DNA of 64,000 nucleotides from an uncultured Verrucomicrobiae bacterium (GTDB lineage Bacteria; Chlamydiota; Chlamydiia; Chlamydiales; Rhabdochlamydiaceae): NCBI GenBank assembly GCA_963806855.1, contig CAWDYW010000001.1, positions 128,001 to 192,000 of the forward strand, read 5' to 3'. Shown piece by piece: positions 20,870 to 32,668 of this stretch (position 1 is its first letter; each line of letters starts with the position of its first letter). The notes under the pieces were generated by a model. It saw only the letters and a program-made list of their open reading frames with translations, ran no database searches and was not told where the DNA came from. The position numbers and the translations under genes were made by a program.

Positions 20870-23670
20870 ATGATTCATTTTAGCAATTCCCTTGAAGAGC
20901 TGATCGGCATTCTCAAGGAAAATTTATATACGCAGAGTTCGGGTCCATTCGACCGTCGGCTCATCGCAGTGCCCCATTTGGGGCTCAAGAATTATTTGAT
21001 GCAAGCGATTGCCAAGGATCCGCAGCTGCAAGTCGCCGCCGGTCTGCAAATTGTCAACCTCGCGCAAGCTTGGGCAAAAATCTGTCGAAGAAAATTGCCG
21101 ACAACGTTAGAACTCTCCCTCTTTTTACAGCACCATCTGATCCCCCTCATCGAAGACGAAGAGCAGCTACAACATTATTTCGCATCAGAGGCCCGTGAGA
21201 AGAGAATTGGCCCACTGTGCGATGCCCTGGCCCTCTACTTCCAGCGCTATGCCATCTATGGAAAAAAAGTCTGCCGCCATGGCAGGAGAAGCTCTGGAGA
21301 GCGATGAAGCAGCGCTGGGCCTTTCCAGGTGATTCAGTGGGTATTAAAGGGAAATGGCAAATCCATCTGTTTGGTTTTTCTTTCATCCCCAAGGTCTATT
21401 TCAACTTTTTTCAAAGTGCAAATTTCTATCTGTTTTCCCCCTGTGAGATCTATTGGGAAGACTTTTACTCAGAGAAAGAAAAAAGCTATTTAAAAATTGA
21501 CGATACTCAAAATCCGCTGCTTGGCAATTGGGGAAAAGTGGGACGGAAAATGTTCGCGATGGTGCAGGAGAGCAATCAATGCACTGAGGAGCACTATGTT
21601 GCGCCATTCGAAGATTGCACCCTCCACCGGTTGCAAAGAGATTGCTTAGAAGGAAATTTTGGTCGGCACGAGAGCGATGCATCAATCGGTTTCTTTTCCG
21701 CTACGACACCACTGCGAGAAATTGAAATCCTCAAAGATCAACTCCTCAAACTCTTTTCAGAAGAAGGGCTCACTCCGCGCGATGTGCAAGTGTTTGCTCC
21801 CGATATCAGCCGCTATGCTCCCTACATCCATGCAGTCTTTGGGGATATCCCCTATGGGATCACCGATCTCGAAGCAAGAGAGGTCGATGAGGTTGTGCGG
21901 GCATTTGCAAAACTCATCGAGCTACCCAAAAATCGACTCGCATTGGGCGATGTGCTGCAGCTCTTTTCGACAGCTCCTTTTAAAGCGAAATGGGATCTCA
22001 ATTTGGCTCAGGCCCGCAAATGGTTAGAACTTGCGAATATTCGTTGGGGCTTTTCCAAAAATGAGCGGCGCATCTTCTACTTGCAAGATGTCGATGAAGA
22101 GCATCTGGCTGCAAACCCCGAGGAGGGGACCTGGGAACAGGGGCTGCGCCGCCTTGTGCTCGGCCTCGGCCAAATTGAAGGCGATGCCCTCTCCGCCATT
22201 GAAGTGACCGAAATGGAGCAATTTGATCGGCTTTATACCCTGCTCTATTCTCTTAGCGATGATCTGGCCCCCTTTTATGATGGGACCAAATGGACGATCC
22301 CCACTTGGCTTCGCTATTTTGCCACCCTTCTAGAGAGTTATTTTGCCATCGATCCTTCTCATGACCTTTATCAGCAATTGCAGCAGCTGGCCGCTAGCTG
22401 CGATGAGCTCGACCGAGAGGAGATCCCCTATCCTGCGATCGAGCGGGTTTTGGAGCAGCTCATCGCCAGAAAAGGGAAAACCCACCAACCACCCCATCTG
22501 CAAGCGATCAGCTTTGGGTCTCTCACCGAAGGATGCATCCACCCAGGAAAAGTAGTCTGCCTCATCGGCATGCAAGAAGAGAGCTTCCCAGCACGTGAGG
22601 AAAATGGCTCTTTGTATGCTGGAGAGATCGACTATCGGCCAAAAAAGGGAGATCAACACCGCTATCTCTTTTTGCAATGCCTCCTCTCTGCACGCTCCCA
22701 TCTGATGATGAGTTATGTGCGCGATGAGACCGGCAAATTGGGCAGTTCCCAGGTGGTGCAGGAGCTAATCCAACAGCTGGACGGAGCCGAGGTCGTCCAT
22801 CATCCAGCTCACCCCTTTGACCCCAAGTATTTCAATGGAACACTCCTGAGCTATAGCCAAGAGCAGTTTGCCATTGCCAAGGATAAGTCGAGCAAACACT
22901 CACCTCTAATTAAAGGCTTTTACGAACCGATCCACCTCGCCCCTGTGGCCCTAGCAGAGAGAGAAATCGACATCCAAAAACTGTTCAAATTTGCTCGCCA
23001 TCCGCTCCGCTATTACCTGCATGAAAAATTGGGCATCTATCCTGAGAATGTCGGGACCGATCAGAGCGAATTTGTCCTCGACCCGCTCACCAAACACAAA
23101 TTGGTGCAAAAAGCACTAAATGGATCGCTGGATGAACGGGACCTGCCGATCAATCTACTGAAACCTCTCGCTAAGGAGCAAATCGAAAAAGAGGTGGAGA
23201 TGTGGAGTGCGTTTGGAGAACTCCACAGCGAGAAAATCGAAATGCAAATCGAGGGAATCAAACTTGTTGGCAAACTTGAAAATCTCACTTCAAAAGGCCT
23301 GCTCGTCAAAGGGAAAAATTGCCTAGAAGATCGGATCAGATTCTTTCCGCAGATCCTCCTCTTACAAAAATTAAACCTGCCCGTCATCGGCATCAAAGAT
23401 CAGCAATGCATCACCGCCGAAGGGTCGCTCGAAAAATATCTCGAGTATTTTTTGCTGGCGCAGGAGCACCCTTCTCCTCTTCTGCCCGATCTCGCCAAGT
23501 CTCTCCTAATGGGCGGGAGTGCAGAACTAAAAAAAGGCATCAGCGGCATCGAAGATGAGACGTGGAGCTGGCTCCTTTTGCGCGACCCGTTGCCAGATGC
23601 AGAAGTGATCCACCGCAACTGGAGCACCTACCTCAAAGAAGTGTTTGGAGGGATTTATGCAACGATTTGA
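20870..23670 (+). CDS. recC: Exodeoxyribonuclease V gamma subunit, frameshift near 21270
   Basis: FSNSLEEL, NPLLGNWGKVG, LREIEILKD..PDISRYAPYI, HPAHPFDPKYF; upstream of recB/recD. Confidence 0.9.
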
Positions 23671-26221
23671 TATTCTCGATCCCCAGCTCAATATCTTCCA
23701 AAATTATTTTCTCGAGGCCTCCGCCGGGACAGGAAAAACCTTTGCGATCGAACATCTGGTCATCCGTCTTCTACTCGAAAGTGAGCAGCCCATTGAGCTC
23801 AAAGAGATCTTGGCTGTCACCTTCACCAAAGACGCGGCTCATGAGATGAAGACACGCATTCGAAAAAAGTTGGAATCGCTCCTTCCCGAGCAAAATCCTA
23901 GAGTCCGCGAGGCGCTGGCCAGCTTCGATGAAATTCAGGTCTTCACCATTCACGCCTTCTGCCATCGTATGCTGACCGAGTTTGCCTTTGAAGCAGGGAC
24001 TCCACTCAAAATGAACACTCCCGATAGTCAAGAGATGCGAAAGGTGATCATCGATTTCTTGCGCACCGGCGACAAACAATACGAGACCGAAATTTCTGAT
24101 CTGATGAAAAAGTGCCGCTATGACATCGATCAATTTGTCAGCCGAGTGCAAGCCTCGCCGTCACTTCCAATTGGCAAAGAGTGCCGTGAGCGGTGGCTAA
24201 TCAAAGCGGCCCGCAGCGACCACTTCACTTTCGACGAGTTGCTGCGCAGAATGGAAATCGCCCTTGACATCGCCCCCTTCTTAGCTAAAGTGCGGGCCAA
24301 ATATAAAGCGGTCATCGTCGATGAATTTCAAGATACCGATCCGATCCAGTGGCACATCTTCGAAAAGCTCTTTTTAGAGAACCATTTGCTCTACTTGGTG
24401 GGCGATCCCAAGCAGTCGATCTATGGGTTCCGTAACGCTGACATCTACACCTACATGCATGCGGCAGAGGCCCTCGGCACCGATAAAAAAGCCTATCTCG
24501 ATACCAACTTCCGGAGCACCCCTCAGCTGATCGAAGAGCTCAATACCCTCTTTACAGAGCGACCGGAATGGATTTCACTCCCATCCCTCCCAGGAGCTCT
24601 GCAATACCATCCGGTCAAAGCAGGGCGTAGCGCATCCCAATTTGGTCAAGAGCTGCCGATTCAATTTTTCGGCGCGCGGGGCAAACAGGGCAGGGAGAGA
24701 AGTTGGCCCACCAAGCAGATGGAAGAGGAAAAGCTCTTCCCCTTCATTGCCAGCGAGATTATTCGACTGCACAAAGAACATGCGATCCCCTTTTCGCAGA
24801 TGGCCATTTTGATCAAAGACCGCTTCCAAGCTGGGCGGATGCAGCTCCACCTCAACCTTTGGAAGATCCCCTCGCTGATCAAACAGACCTTCAATTTAAC
24901 GGAGTCGCGCGGATACGCTGCGATGGAAATGCTTCTCAAAGCGACCGCTCACCCCGAAAATGAAAGCCTGGTCCGCGCTGTCCTCTATGGACCCCTGATG
25001 CAAACCATGGAAAGCCCCTTTTTCCTCCTCAAACAGCTCTTTGAAGAAAAAGGGTTCGCCCCCTTCTTTGCCGAATTCATCCACAAATATTTCAAGTCTG
25101 ACACCTCCCTCTATTTAGAACTGCGCCAAACCGCCGAGATCTTGATGGAACAAGGGAAAGTGGGCCTCGCCGAGCATCTCCATCTGTTGCAAGAGCTCCG
25201 AACTTTAAGCCCTGAAACCGATGAGCGGCTCAAGCTGCGCGGTGAAGAAGGGGAAGACCGTGTTCCCATCATGACCACCTTCGCTAGCAAAGGGCTCGAA
25301 TTCGACGTCGTCTTCGCCCTTGGCATGGCCTCACGCCACCAAAGTGAGGAATTCGATGCCGATAAAGAGGCCGAGAAAATGCGCCAGCTCTATGTCGCCT
25401 TCACCCGCAGCCGCGAAAAACTCTACATCCCCATCCTCTACGACGAAGCGCAAAAACCCATCGTAGGAGCTTCCCCCATCGAACTCTTTTTTGCCGGAAG
25501 AGAGCTTCCTGTCCGATGGATTGATAAGATCGCGATTGAACCCTTCGCAGAAGAAAAAAAATCGGTCGAACTGGTCGCTCCTCCACAGCTGCAAATCCAT
25601 TTCGAGCCCGAATACCTCACCTCATTCACCGCCATGTCCAAACCGCAGAGCCACGGAGCGCTCCCATTCGATGCGCAAGATTTCAGTCGCAAAACACCCC
25701 ACACACTCCCCATCGGCGCCGAAACAGGCGTCGTCCTGCACACCATCTTCGAAACCCATTTTCAGGATCGCTCAATTCCTCTGGCCCAAATTGTTCTCGA
25801 AATCCTCAACGGGACCCACCTCGAAGGGTGGGAAGAGGTGATCGAAACCATGGTCCACGACACCCTGACCATGCCGCTGATCGGCGACTTTTGCCTCGAC
25901 ATGCTGCAAGAAGGTGAGTATTTCCAAGAAATGGAATTCCTCTTCCCCCAAAATAACCAATTGATCAAAGGCTTTATCGATCTCGTCTTCGTCAAGGATG
26001 ACCAATTCTACATTGTCGATTGGAAAACCAATTGGCTCGGGCCCTCCGAAGAAGACTACACCGAGGAAAAACTGCACGCCGCGATGCTCGAGCATGATTA
26101 CTACTTGCAAGCCAAACTCTATCGCGAAGCCCTTGAACGATATGTAAAGCAGCTTTACTTTGGTAATACATTCTATCTATTCGTAAGAGGCAGAAAGGGG
26201 GTATGCATTGGGAATAGCTAA
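23657..26221 (+). CDS. recB: Exodeoxyribonuclease V beta subunit
   Basis: LEASAGTGKT, VDEFQDTD, VGDPKQSIYGFR, nuclease motif GFIDLVF..IVDWKTN; GGAGG SD before ATG 23657. Confidence 0.95.
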   Translation: MQRFDILDPQLNIFQNYFLEASAGTGKTFAIEHLVIRLLLESEQPIELKEILAVTFTKDAAHEMKTRIRKKLESLLPEQNPRVREALASFDEIQVFTIHAFCHRMLTEFAFEAGTPLKMNTPDSQEMRKVIIDFLRTGDKQYETEISDLMKKCRYDIDQFVSRVQASPSLPIGKECRERWLIKAARSDHFTFDELLRRMEIALDIAPFLAKVRAKYKAVIVDEFQDTDPIQWHIFEKLFLENHLLYLVGDPKQSIYGFRNADIYTYMHAAEALGTDKKAYLDTNFRSTPQLIEELNTLFTERPEWISLPSLPGALQYHPVKAGRSASQFGQELPIQFFGARGKQGRERSWPTKQMEEEKLFPFIASEIIRLHKEHAIPFSQMAILIKDRFQAGRMQLHLNLWKIPSLIKQTFNLTESRGYAAMEMLLKATAHPENESLVRAVLYGPLMQTMESPFFLLKQLFEEKGFAPFFAEFIHKYFKSDTSLYLELRQTAEILMEQGKVGLAEHLHLLQELRTLSPETDERLKLRGEEGEDRVPIMTTFASKGLEFDVVFALGMASRHQSEEFDADKEAEKMRQLYVAFTRSREKLYIPILYDEAQKPIVGASPIELFFAGRELPVRWIDKIAIEPFAEEKKSVELVAPPQLQIHFEPEYLTSFTAMSKPQSHGALPFDAQDFSRKTPHTLPIGAETGVVLHTIFETHFQDRSIPLAQIVLEILNGTHLEGWEEVIETMVHDTLTMPLIGDFCLDMLQEGEYFQEMEFLFPQNNQLIKGFIDLVFVKDDQFYIVDWKTNWLGPSEEDYTEEKLHAAMLEHDYYLQAKLYREALERYVKQLYFGNTFYLFVRGRKGVCIGNS

Positions 26222-27623
26222 AGAAAAAATGTTTGGCGCGCCATTCAAGAGATGGCCCAAGTTGCAACGGCTTGTCGACCAGGGCGTGCTCCTCAACATC
26301 GACTTGGCCTATGCGGCGACCCAAACCGACTCAGAAGAAGAGGCGGCGACCCATGCTGCCCTGATTTCATTGGCAAGACAAGGACATCTGCGCCTAAGCA
26401 AAGAGCTCCTACCTGATCCAACCCTCGCCAAATTTGCTCGCGAAGGAGCTGCCCTCCCGAAGTCAGAATACTACGAAGAGCAAATCGTCGCCCAGCTCAA
26501 ACGACTCCTCACTTCGTCCATTCCTCCCAAATCGGCGCCCCCGATGCCCCATCTCACCCCCGAGCAGTCCCAAGCTCTACAGAATGTTTTAGTCCACCCC
26601 ATTTCGCTCATCACCGGAGGGCCAGGAACAGGAAAGACCTTCACCGCTGCCCAAATCGTCAAGGCGCTCCAGACCAGCACAATCCTCACTGCTCCAACCG
26701 GTAAAGCCGCCTCCCATCTCGAAAGCCAAATCGACCATCCAGTCCGCAGCGGCACCCTCCACGCCCTATTGGAAGTGCGCGGCCCCCTCGACTACGCCAA
26801 AGAGGTCGCCCCCCTCGATGCCGAACTGATCATCGTCGATGAGTGCTCCATGATCGACCCATCCCTCTTTGCCCGCCTCCTCACCGCAATCGGCCCAAAT
26901 ACCCGCCTTGTCCTCATGGGCGATAGCAATCAGCTCCCCGCAGTTGAAGGGGGCAGCATCTTCGCCGACCTCATCCAATCAAAGCAGATCCCGACCACAG
27001 CGCTGACCAAATGCATGCGCAGCGATCGGCATGAGATCCTCAATTTGGCCAGCTCTATTTTGGATGGAACTGCCCAGGAGATTCGGAATGTCGATCTAGG
27101 TTTTACTGAGGGAAATGTAGAGGCCATCTACCAAAAACTGTGGAACCATGTAAAGGAGCGCGATTTTGCCCGTTTCCGAATCCTCTCGACACTGCGCAAA
27201 GGACCGCTCGGCGTCGATGCCCTCAATGCCTTCCTCTATGAAAAATTCTCCAAAGTCACATCGCAGTTTCCCATCATGATCAAGCGGAACGATAGCCGCA
27301 CGCACTTAAGCAACGGCGATACTGGAATCGTGCAAGGCAATGACGCACACTTTTCAGGAGACCGCCACTTCTCCATCCACCAACTCCCTCCATACGAGTA
27401 TGCCTATTGCATTTCGGTCCACAAGAGCCAAGGGAGCGAATATGAGCATGTCCTGTTTCTAGTCCCCGATGGTTCAGAAGCCTTTGGAAAAGAAGTCCTC
27501 TATACAGCTGTAACCCGCGCCAAGTTGAGCCTCGAAATCGACGGGAACCCAGACCAAATCAGAGTGGCGCTAAGTCGCACATCTGGCAAAACCTCGGGGA
27601 TCTGCCAAAAGCTAACTAAATAA
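26208..27623 (+). CDS. recD: Exodeoxyribonuclease V alpha subunit
   Basis: ITGGPGTGKT, APTGKAA, IVDECSMID, GDSNQL, VHKSQGSEY, LYTAVTRA. Confidence 0.95.
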   Translation: MGIAKEKMFGAPFKRWPKLQRLVDQGVLLNIDLAYAATQTDSEEEAATHAALISLARQGHLRLSKELLPDPTLAKFAREGAALPKSEYYEEQIVAQLKRLLTSSIPPKSAPPMPHLTPEQSQALQNVLVHPISLITGGPGTGKTFTAAQIVKALQTSTILTAPTGKAASHLESQIDHPVRSGTLHALLEVRGPLDYAKEVAPLDAELIIVDECSMIDPSLFARLLTAIGPNTRLVLMGDSNQLPAVEGGSIFADLIQSKQIPTTALTKCMRSDRHEILNLASSILDGTAQEIRNVDLGFTEGNVEAIYQKLWNHVKERDFARFRILSTLRKGPLGVDALNAFLYEKFSKVTSQFPIMIKRNDSRTHLSNGDTGIVQGNDAHFSGDRHFSIHQLPPYEYAYCISVHKSQGSEYEHVLFLVPDGSEAFGKEVLYTAVTRAKLSLEIDGNPDQIRVALSRTSGKTSGICQKLTK

Positions 27624-27721
27624 ATGAAAAAAATAATAACAGGATATTAACATCAGTGATGGGTTCATGCGCCCAATAGAATGAGCTCTCTTTCTTCCTC
27701 ACCCATCTTAATTCGTGGTTT

Positions 27722-27900
27722 CTAAGGTTGACGAGTATAAGCCACGAGAGCCGCAAGGGCATTGATCAGAAAATTATTTGGGGATCTATGCCTCGAATGT
27801 TCTAGTTGGGAAATATTTTTCAATTGATCATTTACTGTTTCAATTAGAACGCGTTTTCTGAGTAATATTTTATCATTTAAAGTCATGAATTTATTTTCTA
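27722..27900 (-). mobile_element. IS982-family transposase C-terminal remnant
   Basis: [38 protein letters not shown] matches the IS982 DDE C-terminus; the rest is missing. Confidence 0.8.
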
Positions 27901-27977
27901 CAAAAATTTTTAAAAGGCTTGCGTCAAAAAAAAAATCTAGTATACTGTTTTTCGCATAAAAATTAAAGAGGAAACCC

Positions 27978-30948
27978 ATGCGTATATCAAAAAGAGATAG
28001 AGAGGAAATAGATCTTCAATCAGGACAAGCGCAAAAACAATCCAGTGAGAAGTCTGATCCACTTAGTGAATCTATTATAAGAACTGCACGAAAATTCCTA
28101 GGATATGGCTATGATCGAATCAACGGTAAAGGCGTTCTTGATCAAGTGCTGAAAGACTATTCTGATAGTGCTGTGGTTGTTTATAGTCAAGAAACCCATC
28201 AAGTTACTGCCATCCATATAGACTCAGAGGAAGCTAAAAAAGAACTTCAAAAAAGAACCCATATTGATTTTACCCCTTCATTTCTTCCAAATGCTTCTCG
28301 TTCTAAAGGATCAAAGGAGACTCATGCCAAAAACTTTAGCACCTTTTTCTGTGCTGCCAGCGTATTTCATACTGCAAAATGTCGATTTAGAAATACCCCA
28401 CCATTAAAACCAGATGCAATACTACCTAACCCACAACGTGGAGATTCATTTGTTCGCTCCGGAACAGTCGCAACTGGATATAATATTGTCCTTGAAGTTG
28501 GAGCAACGCACTCTACAAATAAGACAACAGAAAAAACGAATTCAGATTTTGGAGTAGAACTAATTGGATTCGGAGTATCCTGGGAGAATCTACAACAAAA
28601 TCTCCATGAAAAAACAATACAATATATCGCTATTAAAGAATTAAGAGGTTCGGGTAATTGTTTTCTTGATTTTCCTATAAATAAAAAATATACGAGCATT
28701 GAGGACTTGCATGGCATTCTGGAGAGAATAAAAAATGACTTCATCATGAAGTTACCTACCATTGAAGGAAGAGTGCCTTATATTGATCCTATTAATGATC
28801 TTAACTCGTTTGATTTTGCACCTGTAGAAGATTTTTCTTCTGCGAAGTCAGCTCGTCCTAGTACCAAAGCAAAACAACCCATCCAACCCGTAAATTTTAG
28901 CGATCTTGCTCTTCAAATCAAACCTGCTAGGCAACTGATCTTCGCCGATTTTTTTAAACAAATTGCAACTATTTTCCCAGTAGCTTTTAAATGCATCAAA
29001 GACGCTTGGGAGGGGGGAAACTATACTACTGTCATTGGCAAAAGTGGGATAGGCAAAAGTACGCTTATAGCCTATCTCTTAGGTAATGAGCTCCGATTTA
29101 AAAAGATTGATGGAGAGCAAGGGACCTATAGTTTAGGTTTTGATTACCTTCAAGATTCAAAAAAACCACGCCCCAAAATTGGCCATGATCTAAAATCTGA
29201 GACAATTGTGCAAGCCTATGGTGAAGAACAGGGGTATATCGATACTGCAGGTCTTTTTGATACAAGAGGAAAACCAACGATCCTAAATGCGACAACAGCA
29301 GATGTTTGCAATGCATTTGCAATCAATATGGTAGTTGATGCCCTTTCACCCAACCGACTGATAGTCGTCCTCTCAAGCAATGCTTTTGACGGCCGCGCAC
29401 AAGAATTTATTGAAATGATTGAAACTTTAAGAAGAGTAGTCATTGATCCCACCCATTCTTCAAAATGGCCTTACATTCGCTTTGTAATTAATGATCATTT
29501 GAGAGAGCTAGCACAAAAGATTGACGCCGATTCTACTAAAGCTGGAATATTAAATCAAATTCGTCGTCTTAAAATTGTGTTAGAAAAAGGAACGGGATCA
29601 ATTGCTCCCGGAAGTAAGTGTAAATATAAACGTACCAGGCTTAGGTAAGTTTAATTTATCTGGCCTAAGTAGAGTATATAATGCGATATACTCTTCAATG
29701 TTCTCTACTCAAAATAATGATCCGAAGTTACTCGCACGCTTTTATGCATTAGGACAAAAAGATCCCTCACAATACAAAGATGCGTGTGACCTGCAAGAAA
29801 AAATCGATATCTTAAGCATGATTGGCTCAGATAATGTTATTGTACCCGATTTCGGAAATGCAAAAACAAAGAAAGAGATTCAAATATGGCAAGGAACCGA
29901 TCCTAATGTTGGACTATCCAGGGAGTCTGTTAATTTTGAAGATCTTGTTAGTTTGGGTTATCCTACATTTAAAGAAGTTCTTATTGAGACCACAGATTTT
30001 TTTAATAAACTAGTTGGAGACAAAAAAAATATTCAAGAAGAGATAGAAGTTGCTGAAGAAGCTTTAAAGCAAAATCGAGTCAATCTTAAAAACGTAAATT
30101 CAAATATGGCCGATATTAATAATGGCGTTAAATCGAAAGCTACTTTTACTGAATTGTTAAAAACATCAACTGAACAGCTAAGAAAACAACGTGCTAGTAC
30201 TCAAAAAGCTAAGGATGATCTAAAAGCAATAGACGATAGGATTAATCATTTAAAAACCTCCACTGCAGAAGTTCATTATGCAACGTTACAGCCTGCAAGG
30301 CCTATCGTACCGAGACCTTGGTATCAAATCATTAACCCAACGACCTATTCTTTTGAGCATCGAGGAGATACTCCTATTCGCAATACAATAAAACAAGGGG
30401 TCCCTGGGACATACCTTAATGAAACTACAGACCGTACCGAGCTATTTCATGGGCAATATCGTGCAGAATTCTTACCTGCTTGGTGTTACAAAAGCGAGGA
30501 TTGTAAGGCAGAAATAAAACTTTATGCAGAAGAAAGAAACCTTCAAAAAAGTAAAGAGGAACTAGCTGCCAAAGAAAATGAACGCATCCGTAAATTTGCT
30601 GCATGGGAAAAAGAAAACGAAAAAGAACAAAAACTCGAAGCTAAAATCCAAGGTGCAAAAGACAGTTTAAAAGCTTTAGCCAATCCACATGAAATGCTTT
30701 CCAACCTAAAAAAGACGAAAATAGAACTTGAGCAAAGCATACAAACTAAAGAGGATGAGCTAGAAATATTGCAAAAGAGCCGCGCTAAAGCAGAGGGAAC
30801 ACTTGAAACTTATAAAGATTTCTGCGACTTGCTGGCGACAATTGTAGAAAAAATAGATCTCTCTCATGCCCTGAAAGAAGATGAAAAAGCGATTTTTGGA
30901 TTATTCAAGGCTAACTTTAAGACTTCGACCAACTATAAGAGGAGATAA
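27978..30948 (+). CDS. Large AT-rich P-loop GTPase-domain protein with C-terminal coiled coil (about 990 aa; frameshift near 29590-29600)
   Basis: G1 [10 protein letters not shown]2-like KSET, G3 DTAG; long heptad-rich C-terminus. Confidence 0.75.
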
Positions 30949-31036
30949 GTCTAAAGAATATACAACAATTCCCGTCAGCAACTATCTGGCGGGGAATTGG
31001 TCAGGAAAAAATAATTTGTGCCATTTTCTCTTCAGG

Positions 31037-31077
31037 TTAACCGGCCACTTATAAGCATGCTATAAGTGGCCAGTTAA
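31037..31077. repeat. Imperfect palindrome between convergent genes (terminator or IS-end-like hairpin)
   Basis: TTAACcGGCCACTTATA-agcatgc-TATAAGTGGCCaGTTAA. Confidence 0.65.
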
Positions 31078-31151
31078 AACATCAGTTATGAGCGCGTCCT
31101 GCTTTCTGGTTCACGATGGACCGGAGCCCTTCGGAGAAGGTCGTTCAAAAA

Positions 31152-31811
31152 TTAGCAAGATAAAAGGAATGGGGCTTGCCCAAAGAGATTATTGCCCATG
31201 TGAGCTCCAATGGCCCCCATCAGCCCAAATCTCGATTCTTTTAAGGCTCCGAAACAAATGCCGATGACAAGTGTATGAATCACTTGCAAATCGACCTGAT
31301 CATCAGATAAGAACTGACGATTAGAATTATGATAATATGAAAATATCAAGGCATTTAGGGCAATTCGACCAATGAGATTGAGTTTATGATCAATAGCCCA
31401 ATTTAGCTGAGGAGAAATTGTCTGCAATATTTTTCCCGGGATCCATTTTTGCACAATCCCTTGGAAGAAACCGCGAAACAAGACTTCTTCAACTATCGGC
31501 ATAAACATAACAGATTTGAATACCATCATGGCCTTACCGATCATGATATGGGAATGAGCATCTTCCAAGATTCCTAATTTTTGAAACTGATTTGCTAATT
31601 CTCGATAGGGGCACTCGGCAAGGATAATTCTTGCGCATTCTTCAATTCCGCCTAACTGTTTGCAAAATGGTGCAAATGCTTGGGCTAATACGCTGTGAAA
31701 ATCAACCCTAGAATAAAGGTCCGGCTTTAAGACGTAAGTCACTGATTGACCGAGGCCCCAGATCGCTGGTGATAGGGCGGCCCCTACTGCTAAGTTTTTA
31801 ATTATAGACAT
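31152..31811 (-). CDS. CPBP-family (CAAX/Abi) intramembrane protease
   Basis: PIVEEVLFRG, IFSYYH and AIGAHMGNN motifs. Confidence 0.88.
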   Translation of the reverse strand: MSIIKNLAVGAALSPAIWGLGQSVTYVLKPDLYSRVDFHSVLAQAFAPFCKQLGGIEECARIILAECPYRELANQFQKLGILEDAHSHIMIGKAMMVFKSVMFMPIVEEVLFRGFFQGIVQKWIPGKILQTISPQLNWAIDHKLNLIGRIALNALIFSYYHNSNRQFLSDDQVDLQVIHTLVIGICFGALKESRFGLMGAIGAHMGNNLFGQAPFLLSC

Positions 31812-31918
31812 GTTATAATTTTAGTGTAATTGCTATATTATTTAAATATTAAAAATTATTTTACTTTTATTTTAATATAATAATTGTTATAATTATTATT
31901 AAATTAAAAGGAGTTTTT

Positions 31919-32665
31919 ATGTTTAGATCTAATTTTGTTGAAAGTTCATCAAAACAATGTGCCTTCTGTAATATCTCATCACCAGATAGCGGGGCTTTGG
32001 TCACCCATATGGGGGCAAGTGCCAGCAAATGTACCTATCACGTGAACTGCGTCGCAGCTGAAATCCTCAATGGTAATTGCCCTAAGTGCGATCTGCCCGT
32101 TAATGCAGGATCTCTTGAGCAGTTTAAGGCTCGTACTGTGGAACATTTAAAACCAGCTGTACCCAGTATCAATTATGAAGAAGAAGTAGCAGCTTGTAGG
32201 CAATTAGAGCAAGAATTTGTCCAAGATAGAGTGGATAGAGATGCAGCAGCAGCCCGCGCATTACAGCAACAATTTGATCTCGAAGTCCTAAGAGAAACGC
32301 AGGATAACGTAGAGACTAAACTTCGCGATGAAGATGTAGCCAGTAAATTGCAAAAACAATTTGACGCAGAAACCGGGGATGCAGAATTGGCCGCACTGCT
32401 GTCAGAGCAAGGCGATGCTCCAGTTGCTCCGGATGCCGACTTAGAAGCAGCCTTAAGCCTAGACGCAGAATTAAATGGACAGCCCTCACAGGCTCCCGGG
32501 GTACTTCACCTACCACTAGCAGCTTTTGCTGAACGCCCCGCTGCTCCTGCTGAACATGACCGCGTAATAAGACGATGCAATCCGCTATCAATTTTGACTA
32601 GAAACCGTCTTATTTGTGCAGCAATCACGAGCATTTTTGTAGCATGCTTTTTGGCTAGATTTTAG
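31919..32665 (+). CDS. RING-finger protein with ubiquitin-binding-like helical repeats and C-terminal TM anchor
   Basis: CxxC..H..HxxC..CPxC; repeats DAAAARALQQQFD, DEDVASKLQKQFD, DAELAALLSEQ, DLEAALSLDAE; hydrophobic tail. Confidence 0.7.
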   Translation: MFRSNFVESSSKQCAFCNISSPDSGALVTHMGASASKCTYHVNCVAAEILNGNCPKCDLPVNAGSLEQFKARTVEHLKPAVPSINYEEEVAACRQLEQEFVQDRVDRDAAAARALQQQFDLEVLRETQDNVETKLRDEDVASKLQKQFDAETGDAELAALLSEQGDAPVAPDADLEAALSLDAELNGQPSQAPGVLHLPLAAFAERPAAPAEHDRVIRRCNPLSILTRNRLICAAITSIFVACFLARF

Positions 32666-32668
32666 GTT

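Noticed and set aside
21260..21280. Programmed frameshift in recC at the GGAAAAAAAG run
   Set aside because: Cannot be distinguished from the many homopolymer indels across the window.
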